From assembly GCA_051746725.1 (NCBI GenBank), contig JBNJFI010000051.1, forward strand, positions 1 to 14,823: DNA of 14,823 nt, read 5' to 3'. This document shows positions 8,593 through 14,823 of the stretch, piece by piece. Under the pieces are notes generated by a model. That model saw only the letters and a program-made list of their open reading frames with translations, had not been told where the DNA came from and did no database searches. Position 1 is the first letter of the stretch. Each line of letters starts with the position of its first letter. The stretch comes from Fusobacteriota bacterium. GTDB lineage: Bacteria; Fusobacteriota; Fusobacteriia; Fusobacteriales; JBNJFI01. The position numbers and the translations under genes are program-made.

Positions 8593-10254
8593 ATGAGAAG
8601 TGACGCAATGAAAAAAGGAGTAAAAAGAGCTCCACATAGATCATTATTAAAATCTTTGGGATTAACTGATGAAGAAATCAAGAGACCAATTATTGGAATA
8701 GCAGGATCATTTAATGAAATTATACCTGGACATATGCATTTAAGAAGAATAATAGATGCAGTTAAAGATGGAGTAAGATTAGCAGGAGGAGTTCCTTTAG
8801 AGTTTTCTACAATAGGAATATGTGATGGCTTAGCAATGAACCATGAAGGAATGAGGTCTTCATTGCCAACTAGGGAGATAATTGCTGATTCTTTGGAAGC
8901 AACAGCACTTGCAACTCCTTTTGATGCAATGGTATTTATTCCCAATTGTGATAAAACAGTTCCTGGGATGTTAATGGGGGCTTCAAGATTGAATTTACCG
9001 TCAATATTCGTGAGTGGAGGACCAATGCTTGCTGGAACTGTTGGTGGCAAAAAAGTTGGTTTAAGCGATGTATTTGAATATGTAGGGCAACATGAAAATG
9101 GACAAATTGATGATGCTACTCTTTTAGAAGCAGAAAATAATGCATGTATTACTTGTGGATCTTGCTCTGGAATGTATACCGCTAATACTATGAACTGTGT
9201 AACAGAAGCCTTGGGAATGGGATTAAAGGGTAATGGAACAATTCCTGCAGTATATTCAGAACGAATTAGATTAGCAAAGAGAGCTGGAATGCAGATTTTA
9301 AAAATATTAGAAGAAGATTTAAGACCAAGTGACATTATGACTAAAGCCAGTTTTGAAAATGCAGTAGCAGTGGATATGGCTTTAGGAGGATCTACAAATA
9401 CAACTCTTCATATACCAGCAATAGCTGATGCAATAGGAGTAGATTTAACTTTAGATGATTTTAATAGAATAGCAGAAAAAACTCCTCATTTATGTCACTT
9501 ATCTCCTGGAGGACATGATTTTATCGAAGATTTAGATAGAGCAGGTGGAGTAAGTGCAGTAATGAATGAGCTTTCAGATCATGATTTAATACATACTGGA
9601 ACAATGACAGTTGATCTAAAAACTTTAGCAGAAAGAATTGAAAATACTCCTATATTAGATACAAAAGTTATACAAAAATTTGAAAATCCTGTACATAAGA
9701 CAGGTGGAATCGCAGTATTAAAAGGAAATATAGCTCCAAATGGAAGTGTAGTTAAAGAGGGAGCTGTTGCAGATGAAATGTTAGTGCATAGTGGACCAGC
9801 AAGAATATTTACCTCTGAAGATAAAGCTGTAGATGCAATATTGAATAAAGATATCAAATCAGGTGATGTAGTTGTAATTCAATATGAAGGGCCTAAAGGT
9901 GGACCAGGAATGCCTGAAATGTTAACACCAACTTCTTCTGTTGCAGGAATGGGACTAGATAAAGAGGTAGCTCTTATTACAGATGGAAGATTTTCTGGAG
10001 CAACACGTGGAGCTTCAATTGGTCATGTATCGCCAGAAGCAGCAGCAGGTGGACCAATTGCCATAGTGCAAGAGGGAGATATAATAGAAATTGATATTCC
10101 AAATAGAAAATTAAACGTAAAATTATCAGATGAAGAGATACAATCTAGACTTGATAATTTAGAAATTCATAAAAAAGAGATTAAGAGCAGTTATCTAAAA
10201 AGATATTCTGAGATGGTAACTTCCGCAGATAAAGGGGCAGTTTATAAAAAATGA
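8593..10254 (+). CDS. ilvD: Dihydroxy-acid dehydratase
   Basis: [83 protein letters not shown]. Confidence 0.97.
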   Translation: MRSDAMKKGVKRAPHRSLLKSLGLTDEEIKRPIIGIAGSFNEIIPGHMHLRRIIDAVKDGVRLAGGVPLEFSTIGICDGLAMNHEGMRSSLPTREIIADSLEATALATPFDAMVFIPNCDKTVPGMLMGASRLNLPSIFVSGGPMLAGTVGGKKVGLSDVFEYVGQHENGQIDDATLLEAENNACITCGSCSGMYTANTMNCVTEALGMGLKGNGTIPAVYSERIRLAKRAGMQILKILEEDLRPSDIMTKASFENAVAVDMALGGSTNTTLHIPAIADAIGVDLTLDDFNRIAEKTPHLCHLSPGGHDFIEDLDRAGGVSAVMNELSDHDLIHTGTMTVDLKTLAERIENTPILDTKVIQKFENPVHKTGGIAVLKGNIAPNGSVVKEGAVADEMLVHSGPARIFTSEDKAVDAILNKDIKSGDVVVIQYEGPKGGPGMPEMLTPTSSVAGMGLDKEVALITDGRFSGATRGASIGHVSPEAAAGGPIAIVQEGDIIEIDIPNRKLNVKLSDEEIQSRLDNLEIHKKEIKSSYLKRYSEMVTSADKGAVYKK

Positions 10255-11030
10255 GGGTTGCAATGTTAGGAACAGGAAGTTCAGGGAATGCCACTTTTAT
10301 TGAGACAGACGGATATAGATTTTTAATCGATGCTGGATTTAGTGGAAAAAAAACAAAAAATAAATTGAAAAATATTGGGGTAGATATAAATACTTTAAGT
10401 GCAATTGTTATAACACATGAACATGGAGACCATGTTAAAGGTGCCGGTGTGTTATCCAGAAGGTATAATCTACCAATACACATAGGAAAAAAAAGTTATA
10501 AAAAAGTTGCAAAAAAGTTAGGTAAATTAAAAAGAGAAAATATCCAATATATAGAAAAAGACTTCAATTTAGGAGGAACAATCAAAGTTTCTCCTTTTGA
10601 GGTACTTCATGATTCTGTTCAGACTTTTGGATTTAGAGTTCAAAATAAATCTGGAAAAGTATTATCTCTAGCTACTGATATTGGGTATATTACCAATATA
10701 GTGAAACAGAATTTTAAAAAGAGTAATCTAATTATTATTGAAAGTAATTATGACTACCAGATGTTAATGAAAGGTCCTTATCCATGGCATCTAAAAAATA
10801 GAGTTAAAAGTAAAACAGGTCATTTATCTAATGATGAAACAGCAAAATTTATAAAGAAAATCTATTCAGATGATTTGCAGAAAGCTTTTTTGGCACATGT
10901 GAGTAGCGATAATAATGAGTATGATCTAGTTGAAAAAGTTAGTAGAGGATATTTAGAAAAGAATAATATTGACTTAGATGTTGAGGTAGTAACCCAAGAG
11001 AATACAACAGAGATTTTTCATATAAAATAG
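10251..11030 (+). CDS. Metallo-beta-lactamase-fold hydrolase, YycJ/WalJ-like
   Basis: [21 protein letters not shown] (HxHxDH), [22 protein letters not shown]...GHLSN, LAHVS..NN. ATGA overlap with the ilvD stop. Confidence 0.88.
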   Translation: MRVAMLGTGSSGNATFIETDGYRFLIDAGFSGKKTKNKLKNIGVDINTLSAIVITHEHGDHVKGAGVLSRRYNLPIHIGKKSYKKVAKKLGKLKRENIQYIEKDFNLGGTIKVSPFEVLHDSVQTFGFRVQNKSGKVLSLATDIGYITNIVKQNFKKSNLIIIESNYDYQMLMKGPYPWHLKNRVKSKTGHLSNDETAKFIKKIYSDDLQKAFLAHVSSDNNEYDLVEKVSRGYLEKNNIDLDVEVVTQENTTEIFHIK

Positions 11031-11055
11031 TATAAATTTGTGAAAGGAGTTTGCC

Positions 11056-11526
11056 ATGGGAGTAGACGCGAATATATTTAACGGATTTTTGGGTGGAATA
11101 AAAGAAGTTTTGGAACAATTTGGAATAACAGACATAAAGAAAAAAAATCTTAGCAAAAAAGAGAGATTTGACGCAACTTATGAAGTCGCAATAATTATTG
11201 GAGTAACTGGAGATTTAAAGGGAAATGTAAATTATAATTTTTCAAAAAAGGTTGGGAAAGCTTTAGCTAGTAAAATGATGATGGGGATGCCAGTTGAAGA
11301 TTTTGATGAAATGGCTAAAAGTGCTCTATCCGAGTTATCCAATATGATGAGCGGAAAAAGTGCGGCACGATTAGAAGCTATTGGAAAAACTATTGATATA
11401 TCTCCCCCGACTTTAGTTGTGGGTGACGAGATGGATGTATGGTTTGAAAAAAAAATAAAAATTATTGCAATAGATCTAGATACATCAATAGGAGAAATTG
11501 AAGTTAACATAGGATTGGAGGTTTAA
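11056..11526 (+). CDS. cheX: CheX-family chemotaxis phosphatase
   Basis: IIGVTGDLKG, ASKMMMG, SALSELSNMMSG (ExxN motif), IDISPPTLV; 156 aa; AAGGAG RBS. Confidence 0.85.
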   Translation: MGVDANIFNGFLGGIKEVLEQFGITDIKKKNLSKKERFDATYEVAIIIGVTGDLKGNVNYNFSKKVGKALASKMMMGMPVEDFDEMAKSALSELSNMMSGKSAARLEAIGKTIDISPPTLVVGDEMDVWFEKKIKIIAIDLDTSIGEIEVNIGLEV

Positions 11527-11535
11527 AACCAAAAC

Positions 11536-12126
11536 ATGAATGAATTATATGAAGATTTAATTTTTGAAATAGAAACATGTAAAAAGTGTCCTTTACATAA
11601 AAAACGGGAAAAAGTTGTTCCTGGTGAAGGAAATTTAAAATCTCCAATCATGTTTATAGCAGAAGCTCCTGGTGAAGATGAAAATAAAGAAGGAAAACCA
11701 TTTGTTGGTAAGTCAGGAAAACTATTGACTAAAATATTTGATTCAGTAGATTTATCAAGAGAGGATGTATATATAACAAACATGATTAAATGTCATCCAG
11801 ATGGAAATAGAGCACCAAAAGAAAATGAAATAGAATCTTGTTATCCTTTTTTGGAAACTCAAATAGCTTTGATTAATCCTAAAGTTATTGTAACTGTTGG
11901 TGGAGAAGCAACAAATCTAATGATAGGTGACCAGTTGGGCAAAAAAGATACGATAACCACTATAAGAGGAAGAATCTTTGACTGGGAAGGCGAAATAAAA
12001 GTAATCCCTATATTACATCCAAGTTATCTTCTGAGACAGGGGAGTACAAAAAAGGGGAGTCCAAAGTGGAACACTTGGCAAGATATGAAAAAGATAAAGA
12101 AAATTTTCGATAAATATAATAGTTAA
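11536..12126 (+). CDS. Uracil-DNA glycosylase family 4 (4Fe-4S)
   Basis: CKKCPL, motif A variant AEAPG..E...GKPFVG, YITNMIKCHP, fourth Cys in SCYP, motif B HPSYLLR. Confidence 0.93.
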   Translation: MNELYEDLIFEIETCKKCPLHKKREKVVPGEGNLKSPIMFIAEAPGEDENKEGKPFVGKSGKLLTKIFDSVDLSREDVYITNMIKCHPDGNRAPKENEIESCYPFLETQIALINPKVIVTVGGEATNLMIGDQLGKKDTITTIRGRIFDWEGEIKVIPILHPSYLLRQGSTKKGSPKWNTWQDMKKIKKIFDKYNS

Positions 12127-12166
12127 ATATTAAAATAATTTTAGATTCAAAAAAGGGGAATAATTA

Positions 12167-14290
12167 ATGAAGAAAAAAGCTTTAAAGTTATTAAAAAAAT
12201 ATTATGGTTATAATTCTTTTAAAGAAGGACAATTTGAGATTATAGAAAATATATTAAAGGGACGAGATTCATTGGGGATCATGCCAACAGGCGGTGGAAA
12301 ATCGATCTGTTATCAGATCCCTAGTCTCATTTTTAAAGGAGTTACAATTGTAATATCTCCACTCATATCTTTGATGAAGGATCAAGTAGATGCATTAACA
12401 GAAGCAGGGATATCGGCTACATATATAAATAGTAGTTTGGGGTTAAAAGAGAAACAGGAAAGATTAAGAAAAATAAGAAGAGGTGATTATAATTTAATAT
12501 ATGTTGCTCCAGAGAGACTTAACTCTGATTTTTTTATAAATATGATAGATAACTTAAAAATATCATTAGTAGCAGTAGATGAGGCTCATTGTATTTCTCA
12601 TTGGGGTCATGATTTTAGAAAAAGTTATTTAGAAATACCTAAATTTATAGAAAAAATAAATTCTAATCCAGTTCAAGCAGCATTTACCGCTACTGCCACA
12701 GAAGAAGTTCAAAATGACATTCAAAACTTATTAAAACTAAAGAGACCTAAAAAAATAATAACCGGATTTGATAGAGAAAATCTACATTTTTCTGTTATAA
12801 AAGGAGAAAATAATAATAAATACATAGATCGATATCTATCTAAAAATAAAGGTAAATCAGGAATAATATATGCTTCTACTAGAAAAACTGTGGAAGCTTT
12901 GTCTAAAAGATTAAATAAAAAAGGATATAAAGTTGGGGCCTACCATGCTGGGTTATCTAAAAAAGAAAGAAAGAAAAATCAAGATGATTTTTTATATGAT
13001 AATATTGATATTATAGTAGCAACAAATGCCTTTGGAATGGGAATAGATAAATCAAATGTTAATTATGTAATTCATAATAATATGCCAAAAGATATAGAAA
13101 GCTATTATCAAGAGGCAGGACGTGCAGGAAGAGATGGCGAGAATGCAGAATGTATTTTGCTTTTTAATCCTAGGGATATAATGACACAACGATATTTTAT
13201 AGAAAATAATGAATATGAAACTAGTGAAGAAAATACAGAAAGAAAATACCAAAAGTTAAATACTATGGTTAATTATATCCATACTTCCGAGTGCTTGCGA
13301 AAATATATCTTAAAATATTTTGGAGATGAAGTTTCAGAAGATAACTGTGATAACTGTAGTAATTGCGTCGATACAAAAGATAAAGAAGATATTACGGTGG
13401 AATCTAAAAAAATCATATCTTGTATAGGAAGAACAAAGGAAAGATATGGTATTACAGTTATATGTAAAACTTTAAATGGATCAAAATCAAAGGGAATATT
13501 AAATAAAAATTTGGATAAAGTTTCTACTTATGGATTAATGGATGATTATACAGTAAAAGATATTCGAGCAATGATAAATTTATTAATTGGTGATGGATAT
13601 CTACGAATAACAACTGGAGAATATCCATTGGTTAAACTTACCAAAAAAGCTTATGATTTTTTAAAAGATGATAAAAAAATATATCGAAAAATATCTAAAA
13701 TTGAAAAAACATATGAAGCGAATGAAGAACTTTTCTCTAAATTAAAAGAACTTCGAAATGAGATTGCCAAAAAAGATGGAGTTCCTCCATATGTTATTTT
13801 TTCTAATAAAACGTTAATCGACATGACAAATAAATTACCAGTTACAAGAGAAGAGATGCTTGATATCAAAGGGGTCGGAGATGTTAAATATGATAAATAT
13901 GGAAAGAAATTTCAAGAACAATTAAAAAAATATAAAGATGAAAATGGAGATAATTTAAGTCAACATAAAGTCACTAAGATAAGACGGAGCAAAAAAGGGC
14001 CTAGTCATTTAATTTCATATAAGATGTATAAAAAGGGTATGAGTTTAGATGAGATAGCTTTGGAGAGAAATCTAGCCACTCAGACTATCTTTGGACATAT
14101 TATGAAAAGTGGTCAAGAGGGAAAAGTTGTACTTTATGATGACTTTTTTGATGAAGAAACAGAAGAAGAAGTGTTGGAGGCTGTCAAAAAAGTTGGCCGA
14201 GGTAAATTAAAGAAGATAAAAGAGGTTGTATCAGAAAAGGTTAGTTATAATAATATTAAAGCTGTGTTAAATAAAAATGAATTATATTAG
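12167..14290 (+). CDS. recQ: ATP-dependent DNA helicase RecQ (RQC, HRDC and C-terminal HTH)
   Basis: MPTGGGKSICYQ, DEAHCISHWGHDFR, TATAT, ATNAFGMGIDK, QEAGRAGRDG, Zn site CLR...CDNCSNC, HRDC motif VPPYVIFS. Confidence 0.97.
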   Translation: MKKKALKLLKKYYGYNSFKEGQFEIIENILKGRDSLGIMPTGGGKSICYQIPSLIFKGVTIVISPLISLMKDQVDALTEAGISATYINSSLGLKEKQERLRKIRRGDYNLIYVAPERLNSDFFINMIDNLKISLVAVDEAHCISHWGHDFRKSYLEIPKFIEKINSNPVQAAFTATATEEVQNDIQNLLKLKRPKKIITGFDRENLHFSVIKGENNNKYIDRYLSKNKGKSGIIYASTRKTVEALSKRLNKKGYKVGAYHAGLSKKERKKNQDDFLYDNIDIIVATNAFGMGIDKSNVNYVIHNNMPKDIESYYQEAGRAGRDGENAECILLFNPRDIMTQRYFIENNEYETSEENTERKYQKLNTMVNYIHTSECLRKYILKYFGDEVSEDNCDNCSNCVDTKDKEDITVESKKIISCIGRTKERYGITVICKTLNGSKSKGILNKNLDKVSTYGLMDDYTVKDIRAMINLLIGDGYLRITTGEYPLVKLTKKAYDFLKDDKKIYRKISKIEKTYEANEELFSKLKELRNEIAKKDGVPPYVIFSNKTLIDMTNKLPVTREEMLDIKGVGDVKYDKYGKKFQEQLKKYKDENGDNLSQHKVTKIRRSKKGPSHLISYKMYKKGMSLDEIALERNLATQTIFGHIMKSGQEGKVVLYDDFFDEETEEEVLEAVKKVGRGKLKKIKEVVSEKVSYNNIKAVLNKNELY

Positions 14291-14310
14291 AATTGATAGA
14301 GGAGAGAAAA

Positions 14311-14823
14311 ATGGAATTAGAAAAAATAATGGAAGACTTAGAAGTAGATGGACTTTTCATAAAAAATAAATATAATTTAAGATATGTTACCGGTTTTACT
14401 GGAACAACGGGATTGGCTTTAATAACAAAAAAGAGCAAATATTTTTTTACTGATTCTAGATATATAGAACAGGCAGATATAGAAGTAAAACCAAATGGAT
14501 TTATTGTAATCGAGACAGGAAGAGAGACATTAAAAAAAGTTAATGAAACAATTGAAAAAGAAGAAATTAAAAATTTAGGGATAGAAGATAAAGAGATAAC
14601 TCTGGAATATTATGAAAAATTAAAGGAAAAATTTTCGGGAGTTAATTTCAAAAATATTGAAGATAGATTGTTGAAAATACGAAGAATTAAAGATGAATCA
14701 GAAATCGCAAATATAAAAGAAGCGATACGAATAACTGATATTGCATTTGAGGAAATCACTTCAAAAATTAAAGTTGGAATGAAGGAAAATGAAGTTGCAG
14801 CACAATTGGAATATATAATGAAA
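14311..14823 (+). CDS. Xaa-Pro aminopeptidase/dipeptidase (M24B), truncated by the window end
   Basis: Not in the ORF track because it has no stop in the window. Hand translation from ATG 14311 after a GAGGAG RBS: MELEKIMEDLEVDGLFIKNKYNLRYVTGFTGTTG...FFTDSRYIEQA...IRRIKDESEIANIKEAIRITDIAF...GMKENEVAAQLEYIMK, typical of a creatinase/prolidase N-domain plus the start of the M24 domain. Confidence 0.9.
   Translation, partial: MELEKIMEDLEVDGLFIKNKYNLRYVTGFTGTTGLALITKKSKYFFTDSRYIEQADIEVKPNGFIVIETGRETLKKVNETIEKEEIKNLGIEDKEITLEYYEKLKEKFSGVNFKNIEDRLLKIRRIKDESEIANIKEAIRITDIAFEEITSKIKVGMKENEVAAQLEYIMK

Noticed and set aside
8565..9335. 256-aa minus-strand ORF
   Set aside because: Antisense shadow of ilvD with no recognisable motifs; expected from codon bias.

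Overview
Strongly AT-rich bacterial chromosomal window, probably from an anaerobe (the GuaB and UDG N-termini look Fusobacteriota-like to me, which is only an impression). All 13 credible CDSs are on the + strand and are mostly housekeeping: membrane-anchored NHL-repeat protein, murI, ruvA, an atypical Alr-family racemase, class V aminotransferase + serA, guaB, ilvD, YycJ-like metallo-beta-lactamase-fold hydrolase, CheX-family protein, family 4 uracil-DNA glycosylase, recQ and a window-truncated M24 Xaa-Pro peptidase. I see no transposase, integrase, CRISPR array, tRNA or rRNA. Two places deserve follow-up. (1) The 524-bp guaB-ilvD intergenic region holds a consensus-like promoter, an operator-like inverted repeat, a Leu/Ile-rich 8-codon uORF, and a ~215-nt imperfect palindrome enclosing two back-to-back REP-like GC-rich hairpins. 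(2) The Alr homolog keeps both catalytic residues but changes several specificity residues, including the Tyr354-equivalent, and sits beside serine biosynthesis genes.
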